DNA of 63,582 bases, the filler included, from Bigelowiella natans CCMP2755 (taxonomy: Eukaryota > Protista > Cercozoa), in the NCBI GenBank assembly GCA_000320545.1. It is 8 parts of 8 records of this genome, joined end to end, with 100 filler letters (N's around TTAATTAATTAA, not from the genome) between each part and the next. Parts side by side here need not be neighbours in the genome. Positions count along the whole stretch, not along the records: positions 1 to 14,489 come from ADNK01001534.1; positions 14,590 to 27,213 come from ADNK01003455.1; 6 more parts are not named here. One strand, 5' to 3'. A program made the translations under genes and the position numbers. Positions 12,917 to 24,810 of the stretch are shown in pieces (position 1 is the stretch's first letter; the number at the start of each line of letters is the position of its first letter). The notes under the pieces are model-generated. The model saw only the letters and a list, made by a program, of their open reading frames with translations, searched no databases and had not been told where the DNA came from.

Positions 12917-14400
12917 GCGTAATTACAAATGATTCCTTCGCAAGAATCAAGCAAGGATTCTCTGCAAAAACCTCTTCGTGAACGATGACGATGCCTTCCC
13001 CTCCTGCGACGACTTGCCCCGCCGATTTGCTACGAAAACAACAACGAAACAAACGTAAGTGGGGCTGCGCAACCGCCACACAGGAAGGAGAGAAATTTAC
13101 ACACAGGAAGAAGAAGAAAATGGCAGCCGAAGCTATTGCATACGTCATCGAAGGACATCATACCACGCAACACTCACCTAACAAGACAAGACTAGACTAG
13201 CACCGGAGACGGAGGGGCACAAACAATTCTCTTCTCTCATATCCATGATTCTTACAACGCCATAGGGAAGACAATCACATCGCTCACGCTCGCACGCAAT
13301 CATCGAATACATTCCAATATAGTGTGTTATTGTTTTGTGGTTGGCACGGACGTCCCTCAGGCTTGTTTTCTTCTTCTTTTTCGCGTCGCCATCTTTCGGA
13401 GCGTTTAAAGGACCTGTGAAGAAGGAAATATATTGTCACGATGAGTTGCATAAGATGGGGGAGGGGGCAGATCGATCGAAGGAAATGAAAATAGACTATA
13501 TTACGAACTAAGACATTAAGAATGCTGTGATAGGAAATTAAAATAGACTATTTTACGAACTAAGACATTAAGAATGCTGTGATAACCTACCAGAGGACCA
13601 CTTGCTGATGGCCACCGTGTTTTCCTTATCTACAACCTTTTGCGATCCCAGCGTCTCCCACCTTTTAGCGGTGTGCATGATGCAAGAACAAAATGACAAC
13701 ATCAAGAAGAAGAAGAAGAAGAAGAAGAAGAAGAAGAAGAAGATACGGGGAATCGCGCATCGGTGGCTGTTTTGGCGAAGAATGTCCCCAGCAGTAGCGT
13801 AGCAAAATGAAACGAGAGATATAGAAAGAAAGGGGAGGGGGGGCGATTAATACTGGGGCTTAGAGGATTTGATCTCTGATGATGATGTCATGTTGGTCTG
13901 GGGAGCACTACTGCCTTTGTCACAGAATATCTGATCGTAGGTACATATACATATTCATCAACTGGCAGGAGGAAGATGTAAGAAAACTGTTGGGCTGCAA
14001 ACCAGCACCCCCCGCATGATTGAAAAGTTGCCCCTATATCTCTGCCCTCTCCGCTTCTCGGACTCCATGTGTGTGTGCGTGTGCGTGTGCGTGTGCGTGT
14101 GCGTGTGCGTGTGCGTGTGCGTGTGCGTGCGTGTGTGTGTGTGTGTTTGAAGGTTTGGAGGAAATGCTTGTTGGAACATCATCGAGACCTGGAAGTTGGA
14201 TTGTTGCGTACTTTGCTCCTCCGCTTGCCCGCTGGAGGGCGCTGCTGAGCCCCCGCCGTTGCTTCGAGATGATAGCGTTGACGACGAGGAGGAGGAAGAG
14301 CTTCTCGCCCCTCCTCCCAACCCACCGGAACGGCCTTCAAAGCAAGAGTGGGGGGGAGGATGAGACGTAATATAACCAAACCTACACATTCTCCCTATCT
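11549..14400 (-). CDS. Putative multi-exon membrane protein, function unknown; exon structure unresolved
   Basis: Exon-like hydrophobic segments (AIASAAIFFFFLC; FSLLLLSSSGVRVFFYAFAIV) between microsatellite-bearing introns; no recognised domain. Confidence 0.35.
13481..13584. repeat. Tandem duplication, 2 x 52 bp
   Basis: ggaaat(g/t)aaaatagactat(a/t)ttacgaactaagacattaagaatgctgtgata twice. Confidence 0.9.
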
Positions 14401-14489
14401 CTCGCATTGCAGAGATAGAGGGAGCAAATGAAGAAGAAGAATAAGAAGATGAAGAAGAATAAGAGGACAGGGGGGGGGGGGGGGGGGGG

Positions 14490-14589
14490 NNNNNNNNNNN
14501 NNNNNNNNNNNNNNNNNNNNNNNNNNNNNNNNNTTAATTAATTAANNNNNNNNNNNNNNNNNNNNNNNNNNNNNNNNNNNNNNNNNNNN
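14490..14589. other. Artificial contig-joining spacer N44-TTAATTAATTAA-N44
   Basis: The same 100-nt spacer recurs seven times in the window; the core gives stops in all six frames. Confidence 0.97.
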
Positions 14590-14629
14590 ATTCGATTCCA
14601 CTTTGTTGACAGCGCCTGCCGCATTAGTG

Positions 14630-14761
14630 CTAACCCTAACCCTAACCCTAACCCTAACCCTAACCCTAACCCTAACCCTAACCCTAACCCTAACCCTAAC
14701 CCTAACCCTAACCCTAACCCTAACCCTAACCCTAACCCTAACCCTAACCCTAACCCTAACC
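14630..14761. repeat. Telomeric-type (CCCTAA/TTAGGG)n array, about 22 perfect units
   Basis: Read directly; 40 bp of non-telomeric sequence precedes it, so it may be interstitial. Confidence 0.95.
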
Positions 14762-17671
14762 AAGTGTCAATCCAATGAAGTTCTGAGGAAATCAGCGATG
14801 GCATTCGGGAAAGCTCACGAGACGGAGGAGCTCAAGGCGGAGACCATGCGAAAGTGCGTTCTGGGGATCAGAAAATTGGGCAAAGTGCCTGGGAGAAAGG
14901 CACATCTCGATCAGGACACCAGACGTGCTTCAGCTGAAACTTTGGCCATCAAAGATGAGAACTCCAAAGGAGTTGGATTTGGGAAAGCGATGCAATTTGT
15001 GAGGAAAGCATTGAAGAAAGAGAGGTCATTCCACTTGCAACCCAACACAATTGTGCTGACACAATCATGCTCCTTTGATTCACGTGTTGTGTGTTGTGAA
15101 GACGTGCACACACGCACGCCTTTCCTGTGTTCTGTGTCGTGTGCACACGTGCACACACGTGCATGCTCATTTGCACTGGTGTGCATGCACCAGTGATTCA
15201 CATCGTTCTGACGAACTTGTTTGCCACAATCCAGACGCAGATTGGACGAATTTCAACTCGTGAACGCAGCTCGCAGCGTGGTGAATTGCGGAAGAAAAAC
15301 TGGGTTGTTGAAAAAGACCCAGATGAAAAGTCAAGGGACCACCAGCAAGAGGGTGGCCGCCTGCTCGGAACGGGGATTCAGGGAGCATCACGTTCAAATT
15401 GACTCGTTGCTCAATGAAGCAAAGGCAAAAGTTCCACCAGAAAGTTTGCCATTGCATGAGAACCTTCTTGACCACTTCACTTGGAACGGTGAGTGCGAAC
15501 ACACACGTGCATGCACGTTCGTTTGGATTTCGAAGGTGGAATGGCACATCCACTGCCCCCATGCTGGTGCATGGAGGCGAAATGTGTGCATGCACACAGT
15601 CCCATTCTGATCTTCACCACAACACCAAACAGGTGATGAAAGCAATTTTCGCCTGGGAAACGACAACACGACAAAAGTTCATGGATCAGCACGAAGAGGA
15701 AGAAAGTGTGACAAGATCAGCGAAGACTCTGGGCTCTCTCTCACACTTCATCGCTGCGGCAACGCAGCAGGCACCCAAGGCCCAGTCATTGCGATCGTGA
15801 AGGGGAGCAGGCGTCCCGACAAATGGACGGATGAGTTCATGTCGGCCTTGGGCGCGCCGGCTGGAAGCACCACGTTCATGACCCCAAACGGCTTCATGAA
15901 CGATGAAACGTGTTGCAAGATGTGCGAAGTGTTGCCTTCTTTCATTCGCAAGTGCGATCGCATGTGTGCGAATTCTTCACCGAGTTTCCCATCGTGAAGA
16001 CTGTTGACACATTTGGCAGCCACGAGCACTCGGCGGAGGCAGCCCAGAAATTCATCGATTCAAGTTTCATCTCAGCCAAAGAGGGAGGAAACACGTCGCA
16101 TGCCATTCAAGCGTGCGACAAACTGGTTGCTTTGTCTGACAAAGAGTGGTGTCGAAAATTGTCACAAGAAGTTGCTAGCTGAGGTCAACACTGACATGGA
16201 TCAATGGGCATTCTCAGCTGTGTTGCTGGCAGCAATGAAAGGTCAAGGGAAAGAGAAATGGAAGAAGTCGTTTGAATTGGTGAATTTCTGTTCAAACAAG
16301 GTCAGCATTGAACAGTTCTTGGTGCGACCTGACACGAAGGCTCCTTTGCGAAGAAGCGAAAGCATCGTTCTTGGAACCCGAAGTGGGAACTGAAGCTCAT
16401 CAGAAGTTCGAGAAACTCCCAACTTCATTCAGAGAAGCAGACGGCAAGACCAGGCAAGAATTTGTGGAGATGATTGATGAAGCTGGAAAGGATCACATTG
16501 GAGATCAAGTGATTGCCAAGATCCGCAAACTCATGCAATGGTCATTGGCAGGTTGCAAAAACATGATCAAATGCTGCGCAGTGCAGAAGGAGGTCATGGA
16601 AGCTGATGTGATGAAGTGCGATGACGTGGAGCATGCAAAAGCCGATGCTGACACAGCAAAAGATGACACCACGATTTGGGACAGATCCTGAGGCAAATCA
16701 TTCACTCTCAAACCAAAGGGAATGACCGGAAAGGCACTGTTTGATCACACGTGCATGGCACGCAGGTTCAAATCGAAAGATCAAAGGCTTTCCAAACACT
16801 TGAACCTCATGGTGAGTGAAGATCAACGTGAAGTGATGGAAAAGGCGGCTGAAGTGCAGTGCGGGGCTGGTTGTTTGTTGCAAGAGGCAATGAGCAACAA
16901 GCACAAGAAATTGATCAGCCGAACTCTGACACATCCAGGAGAGTTCAAATGTGCTCCAAGGAATTTGGTGGACCCCAAAAGGCAAGAGACACTGCGCATG
17001 CACGAAAATCTTCCATCCAACATGGCTAGATGGACAAGTGCAGAGAAGCAAAGAGGGCTGAAAAAGAGGAAAAGGCTGAACACGAAAAAACGTTGGACGC
17101 GGAGCTGCGGCGCAAACAAGAACGATGGAAATCTCTGAGAGACTTGCTTGCAAAGAATGATGTCGCGGATGGGAAGAATCACATCGCAAGGAAACACTGC
17201 GAAGAATTGATCAGACGCATTGGACCAGAAGCAGAAGCATGCGCATTGAAGATTTCAAACACGCCTTCGTTGGGTTCCTCAAAGGTGAAAGCAGAAGGTC
17301 TGAAGGAGCATGTGCTGAACGTCATGTTGAAGGCAGCCGGCGATTCGAATGAAGAGCTCACGTCCGCATGGAGGGAAGCAGCTGCAGCATCAAACCCACA
17401 ACCCAGCGACAGCAGCAGCAGCACTGAGTTGCAGATCCAGTGGCATGGGGACCCTCATCATCCTCATCCCCATCGTCATGTTCCTCATCCTCATCACAAT
17501 GTGCCTCCTCATCCACTCCCTCGCCATCCTGGTGACACCGTGAGGTCTCCCTTCAACCCAAATGGTGCTGTTGCATGGAGAGGCAACGATCGGGGAGGCA
17601 GCGGGGGCAACAACATGGGGTTGTGGCAACAGCATCAGCAACCATGGATGACAATTGTGACAGACACGTGA
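14762..17671 (+). pseudogene. Intron-containing DDE_1 (pogo/CENP-B-like) transposase pseudogene
   Basis: Removing introns 15025-15234 and 15489-15632 gives KSQGTTSKR..HFTWNGDESNF..LTLHRCGNAAGTQGP..GAPAGSTTFMTPNGFMNDE..[frameshift]..TVDTFGSH..KEGGNTSHAIQACDK: candidate D-D-D triad; frameshifts and TGA stops. Confidence 0.8.
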
Positions 17672-19510
17672 ATGGTCATGACAGACACAGTGATGTGACA
17701 TGCATTGCATGTGAGACGGATGGAATGAAGTGATTGTTGATGTGGTTGCGAGAAAAACAGGAATTGACATTGGCAACACGCGTCAGGCACACGTTTGCAT
17801 GCATGCATGTGCACACATGTGCATGCATGCACACACGTGCACACACATCGTGTCACATGTCTGTGATGCAAAGAGAGATGCAACATGAAAGCGCTGCAGC
17901 CGCGCTCTTTTGCACAGCTACATCAGGATGACGCATTGAGCAACACATGCGTGCGCTCAATCTCCTGAGCACAGCAGTGGCGCATTGCATCCGTCTCACA
18001 ATGCGCGCACGCGCACTTGCGCACGAGTGTGCTGTGTGATGCATGCCATGCACAAATGACAAAATCCAAAAAGCAAAAGCTGCAGATTCGTTGTGTCCAT
18101 TTTTTCCCAGCTTCCACTCTGCGTTTGCATGCATTTGTTGGCACAGCAGTGCAGCTCTGGATGCCATGCATGCATGTGGACAGTGTGGGTGGGTTGCATC
18201 ATGGAATGCAAGTGTGTTGAGCTGCGATGTGACCATGAGATGATTTGAACTGCACTTTCATTTGAACGTTCAATTGTTCACAAGCATGCAGTGGACACTC
18301 GCCCCATTCAGCATCGGCACCGAAGATGATTGGCAACATTGGCATGTTCAAAGAGCATTCTCAGAAACCGCCTTCAGAAGTCTTCTGAGGGAAAATGTCC
18401 TGAAACACTGATGATGTTTTCTTGCGCAACACACTTGAGAAAGCTTTCCCGTGAAATCAGTCGTCATTGGCTCTTGGCATTTGACATTGCGCATGTGAGG
18501 ATGGCTTGGATCTGCATCAAAGATTCTTTCTGGATGAAGCCTTTGCTAGATTGAATCATTGACTCGAACATTTCAACGCAAATCGTTGAACCATTCTTCT
18601 CCAAAGGCAGAGAAAGCAGCAAGTTTGGTCGTTTTGGCAGCCGACACTTTTCAAAAGCTTTTGCTCAGGTGCTGCTTTCTTTCGAATGCTTGCAGCAGGT
18701 CGCAAAACTGCTTGAATGTTCACCATGAACCAAGATTGAAAGAGGAATCGACTGGCCAATGGCTGTGTTCAATGCACGATGCAATGAAAAGCAAGCTCGG
18801 AATGACACAGCGCACAATGTGCGACAATCAGTCATCGGCGATGGGATGTGAGGTTGTGCAAGCTGAAAAGGAAAAGCCAGAATGACAGGACAAATGAAGT
18901 CATCGGTGACACGTCCGTCCATCCCACCAGTGAACAGGAATGGAATTCAGGGATGGGAGGAACAGCAACCTCTCGACAGGCAGAAAACCTCCCTGCTCGT
19001 CACCGCATTGGCGCGCCAACAGCAACTCGAGATTTTTGACAATGAATGCGCTGAAGAGGGCATTGAACATTGAATGTTGAACAAAGCATTGATCAAATTT
19101 GCATGCGCGAGAACCACATGGGAGACAAGCGCATGCATGCATGCAACAGAGCCTCAACAACAGTCGTTGCAAGGACTTGTCAGCACCCTGTTGGTGTTGC
19201 AGCCTGAAACTAGCAATCGGAGCCAGATGCAATGGAATCAGGAAGAAGAAGCTTGCGACGGGGGGAAGTCAGATTGGCGAACAGCAGCAAAATTGTCAAG
19301 CAGGACAACAGTTCGACGGAAAGCCCCATCAATTTCTTTGTCAGTTGAAGGAACACCAGATCTAGCCCATGCCGTGAGGACTTGTCAGCACCCTGTTGGT
19401 GGTGAGCATCCTGCATCCAAGTGAGTCGTTCTTCGCAACAGGACTCATTTTGGGCAAAACTCGTTTTGGGCAAAAATGCCCAAAATGATTTCCTGCGGTT
19501 TCTGAGTCCT
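14762..19510 (+). mobile_element. Degenerate, hypermutated DNA transposon (pogo/Tc5-like DDE_1 transposase) plus downstream relic coding sequence
   Basis: Transposase motifs (next entry), near-total TpA loss across the span, inverted-repeat structure at 19440-19510 where the TpA loss stops. Boundaries are inferred from composition. Confidence 0.8.
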
Positions 19511-19785
19511 TAGTCGGATGTTCCGCAACCATCTCCATGTCACACGAAAAAGGTACCTAACACATGCCATTTTGTTCCAAAAACGATGCAACGACTTCGA
19601 TTATCGTGAAAACGGGTCAGCGCGCGTGAGTGGTCACACGAGTAACGAATAAAAAAACGCGTAGGAAAAGTCATAAACACAAAGCACCAGGTCTATCAGA
19701 GCATCATCAGAGAACATTTCTCTACCGGGCAGGGTTGTGCCATCTTCTACGCCACAAACCACACCTCTCGTTTTCTCTCACGACG

Positions 19786-20009
19786 ATGCTGAGTGCACTC
19801 GCCTTGCTTCTGGCTAGCGGAGCGGAGGCACGTGCTCGGTCTTTCAGCTGTGACGGAGCAGCATCATGGACATCGGGTGTATCAGGTGTTCTCCCCCCAC
19901 GGCCCCTCTCCTAACTCCTCCCTCTCTCTTTGTCTGCCTATCTTCGCCGTCGCATATTTTGTTTATGCATTTTCGCACAAAATCACAACAATTTAAATCT
20001 AATACACAT

Positions 20010-20046
<37 letters not shown>

Positions 20047-20057
20047 TTGTAATATGT

Positions 20058-20099
<42 letters not shown>

Positions 20100-20807
20100 A
20101 TGATCTGTTTGTGGATGAATGCCATTGATCTTTAGGCACTGTGATACCCATGTATGGGGATCTTGAACTCCAGACTGATGGTTTTTACGCCTCAATAATG
20201 CATAAAATTTTCTCGAATTCCCGGCACCTGTCATAAACCTAACCCATTTTTAGGCAGAAAATGGTCAGTGTGTGATTAGCACCCATACGGGCGGATCTTA
20301 CAGGTCTGGAAGATCATATACGGTGACTGTTGACATCCTCTCCTGTCCAAGCCCAAAAACTTGGTGGCCAGTGCGGGAGTCCTGAGTGGAGGGTAGTACA
20401 TACGACCACCACTTCTACTTACAATTTTTCCCCCCCCCCCCCCCCCCCCCCCCCTCTCTCTCTCCCAAACTCACAAAATTGATACATGTTAATAAATTTC
20501 AGGGACAGTGGCGACAGTACATGTAGAAATACTTGGGGGCGTGTAGCATATGCGACTTTTACATGGGTACATTCAAGTGTTAAGCCCGCGCAGAGAGTGC
20601 GAAGACCATTGTGGTGGCGAGAAAGAGTGAGAATGTGTAACAGTGCATTTTGATTGATGCTTAGATCGCTCCTTCTACTGGTAGTGGTACTGTCACTTTC
20701 TACGCAATGTGGTAATGCTAAGCATCTGTTTATATAGTTAGCACTAATGGCCATTGTCGATTCTTCTATTCCCACGTAGAGGTTTACAGACGTGAACTAA
20801 ATATACA

Positions 20808-20856
<49 letters not shown>

Positions 20857-21920
20857 AAGAGAGATGTATATCTCGAGATACGACTGCGACTCACCCCCCC
20901 CTGTGATTTACAACATCCCACTAAGCGGTGGGAAAAATCCCGGAGTCTATCTTGCCTCTCCTCTTGTAAGTTGACAATGTGTTTCATTTCTTCTTCTGCT
21001 GCCAAACTATTATGGAATGTGCTGCATTTTCTTGCCCCCCTGCTCCCCGTAATCCCCTTGCCAACCCCCCTTATGTTAAGTTAACCGCTCATTGAACTGA
21101 TCCTTCTCCGAATCTCTATGTATCATCATCGTAGGCCGTGGCTGAGTCACTGGAAATTCCAACCAACAACCCAAGTGTTGCCCCAACTGGAATTCCGAGC
21201 ATGATCCCAACATCCACGCCTAGTCAAAGCCCGGTAAGTCAGTCATTGGTTATCCCTTCCGCTCCCCTCCCCTTCACGAAAGCGAAAGCATTACAATCTT
21301 TACCCTCAGGGGTAGTAGTATTCCAGTCGTGACGATTCTTTTTTTTGTTTTGGGACGGACACGTACAGGTAACGAAATGTCCTTTGGCAGCTGGTCAGAC
21401 AGCAGTGCCGAGTATGACCCCGAGCACAGCAACACCGTCGGTTCCTCCCACTGGGGCGCCAGTTGGTACCGTACGCATGTGTTTGTAGTATTATTTGAGA
21501 CAGCGAATGGCGCAGATGGGTGTCCATGATCTCACTAAAATGAGTGAGGGGAATTGGACATAAAAGTGTGTGTGTGTGTGTGTGTGTGTGTGTTCTCGGC
21601 TGTGCTTGATGTTGGCGATGAAATCACGCGCATCGCGTCTACAAGCCTGACCCTAAAATCCTTACCTACGTTCATTTTTTGTCTTATCAGTTGTCACATC
21701 CTCTCCTTCAACTGCCTCTCCAGCAACAAATGTGACAGAAAAACCCACGCTTTTAGGCGGAGAAAGGAGGGGGAGGAGGATGTTGGTGGAAGGGGATAGA
21801 GAGCAAGGAAACACATGGAATTAAAACAGTTGAAAGCTAGATGCAAGCATTCCTTGTTATGTGTTTTATCATATGACCAGTATGCACAATTTGCTCTACT
21901 AAATCTCGGCAACTTCGTCA

Positions 21921-21961
<41 letters not shown>

Positions 21962-22144
21962 ATACTTTTCATAGGTGCCAAGCCTACAGGTGTGGTCTGT
22001 TACTCTGGTACTTGGTATTGATTATTCCCAGGCGACATCAGCTTTTAAAGCTGATTTCAAGACGAGACTCGCTGAAGATCTTGGGGTTGTGCATGATCTT
22101 TCGCCGCCCCACTTTTTTGCATTCACTACTTCCTCCAATATCTT

Positions 22145-22216
<72 letters not shown>

Positions 22217-22218
22217 CA

Positions 22219-22260
<42 letters not shown>

Positions 22261-23778
22261 TGAATTTGACTAATTATATGTATTATCCGTCTTTATCGTC
22301 AGATACTCGCCTCAGCCTTCGAGATCGCTTTCTCCCCGGGATCAGTGGTAGTATAATAATCCGTGTGTGTGTGTGTGTGTGTGTTTGTGTCCGTGTGCGC
22401 ACGGGAGGGGGGCGTACATGCATGTACATAGAGAATGTAGATTCAACCACATATTATATGCTTTAAACAGGTTGCACTTATTATATTTTATACGGCAAGC
22501 AATGGAGTCACACCGTCTCAGGTCTACTATAGCACCAAACCTTCCTCCATCCCCCTCGCACCTTCTCTTCTCTCTTCATTGTACGACACACAAGCACCTA
22601 TCATAATCGCACAGGCGGCCTCAATGCTCTCCGGGAGTAGCCCGCAACATCTCAGCACAGCGCTGCAAACAACCATCTCTTCGGTATGGCACGTAGCATC
22701 CACCAGGAGACTAAACGTAGCGAGCAGGACGTAGATTTAGAAATACACATATCAATGCGCGAATTTGGTTAGCGTATGAATTAGTGTTGTTTTCTATATC
22801 CCTTTGTAAGACGTTGTCATAACGCATTCTCCTCGTTGCTACTGACCACTGACATGCTTGCAACCCCCGCATCCTGCCAGGTTGGTGCAGCAGGTGCTTT
22901 CACGGGGACATCGAGTCCTTCCAGCGGTAGTACGAACAGACAAAAGATCAGTGAAGGCGAGGTTTACTTTACAATGTCTTCAACAAGGCTTCGCGTAGTC
23001 GTCAAATGATGATGAGAGAACGAGAAACATCGTTGTTTTTCGGCTGCTACCGTGAAGCAGCGAAACGGAGATAATCGTGCTGTTGAATGATTTTATGCTA
23101 CATTATTCCTTCGTTTTCATATTTTATCAATGAAGGGGGGGGGGGGGGGGGAAGCAAGCGTTACCCCTTGTTCCAGGACTCCAAAAGAAAGTATTTTTTC
23201 AAAATGTCATTCATTAAGGATCTGTATAGGCCAATCCCCATGCTATCTCTTGGCTCTCACTGCCACCTCGACATACAAGTAGTTAATACCCATTCCTTCA
23301 TGCTATGGCCTACTCGGTGTGATGATTTCGCCGCGAAAACGGGGGGTTTCTCAGGGAAGATTAGGAAATTGAATTCACCAAAAGCATTCATTTTGTTGAT
23401 AATAAGGTGCTCCTTCTCTCCTGATGATACCAACTTCGAAGTATCTTGGTAAGCATGTAAGTACGTACTTTTGAGCACATACACACGTACGCACACGCAC
23501 ATCGTATATACAAATATATCAATGGCGTGCATATGTGCCGTATCTTATGGCACACTCAACGAAGCAAATACCGAGTTCGGTAGTATCTACTTTTGTTATT
23601 GACTTCGCTGCAAGTGAGTGTATGAACGAATGTAAACGCCATTATCGCCCCCCCTAGCCTATCTCTCAAGACATTTTTATGCAGGTCACACAATAATACC
23701 CACATCAAGCTCAGGCTACAGGCCGATACTGACGGGTCGGTCGCAATTGTTGTCACCATTTAGTAATAGGAAGGGAGA

Positions 23779-23827
<49 letters not shown>

Positions 23828-24769
23828 GGGAAGAAGAAGAAGGAGGAATACGTATTTATCACAATATTAGCAAGATTTCGTATCATAAATATACATCAGC
23901 ACAAATTCTGAAAAATATTTTTCTCTTTTCGTTTCTTCTATGTCTCCTTATGTATTCTCTACCGTCGTTGCTCTTTGCTGCTCCACTCCGAAGCTGGGTT
24001 GGGCTTGGATACGGAACATCTCAAATGACCCCCTCCTACGCTGACATTGGATGGTGCTCGAGTGGAGTCGCTGATGTTGAAGAGTAAAAATACATTGTGC
24101 TTCGGACACTCTCCTTAACTTTATCGTTCAGCTTTGCGCTCTACTTTGTGTGTATGTGTGCGCGCGCGTCCGCATGCACAAGCTCGCGTCTGCGTGTACT
24201 TGTGGACGAATGAAGAGAGGAGGGATTGAACAGTAATGATGTGAGTGCATGTGCGAAAGAAACGAATAGGAGATTTATTCCTTAGCTATACGTTGCTATT
24301 ATAAGGTATTACATGACGGGCAAGAATACAGGATCTATAAACAGGGGCGGCAACGGTTTGTTCACATAACATCTCAACAACAGAGAGTGAGGAAAAGAAA
24401 AGAGAGAGATTGGAGGCACCTGCCATTTCATGCCGATGTGTTCTCTGTTATTTAGAACTTAGCGGGCGAACGTGCACAGAAATCAATGGAAAGACGACTG
24501 TAGAATTCGTAAGGGTGAGTACTGATGGGGCGGAATAGAGAGAGGCCCTCTACCCATACGACATGTGCTTCACAATATTGATCCAAGTAGACACGTGCAT
24601 GCAAGGCTGTATTCCCTAAGGAAAGCTGTCAAACCCCTTGATTTCTTTGTTGCTCCGCATTCACGATTGATCAGGCACTCCTTGGAACCAGCACGATTTC
24701 GACGTCTGGCGACACCAATTGCATCTGGGTAGAAGAAGATTTGTCACTAGCATATTGTCTGGATATTTT

Positions 24770-24810
<41 letters not shown>

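Noticed and set aside
14534-14545. Recurrent TTAATTAATTAA motif as a biological repeat
   Set aside because: Always centred in exactly 100 nt with N flanks: a concatenation linker.
14538-14804. LGLGLG/VRVRVR/LTLTLT repeat proteins
   Set aside because: Translations of the telomeric array.
14911-19473. Dozens of overlapping Cys/His-rich ORFs as real proteins or an alternative genetic code
   Set aside because: By-product of TAA/TAG loss; neighbouring genes use Tyr and TAA/TAG/TGA stops normally.
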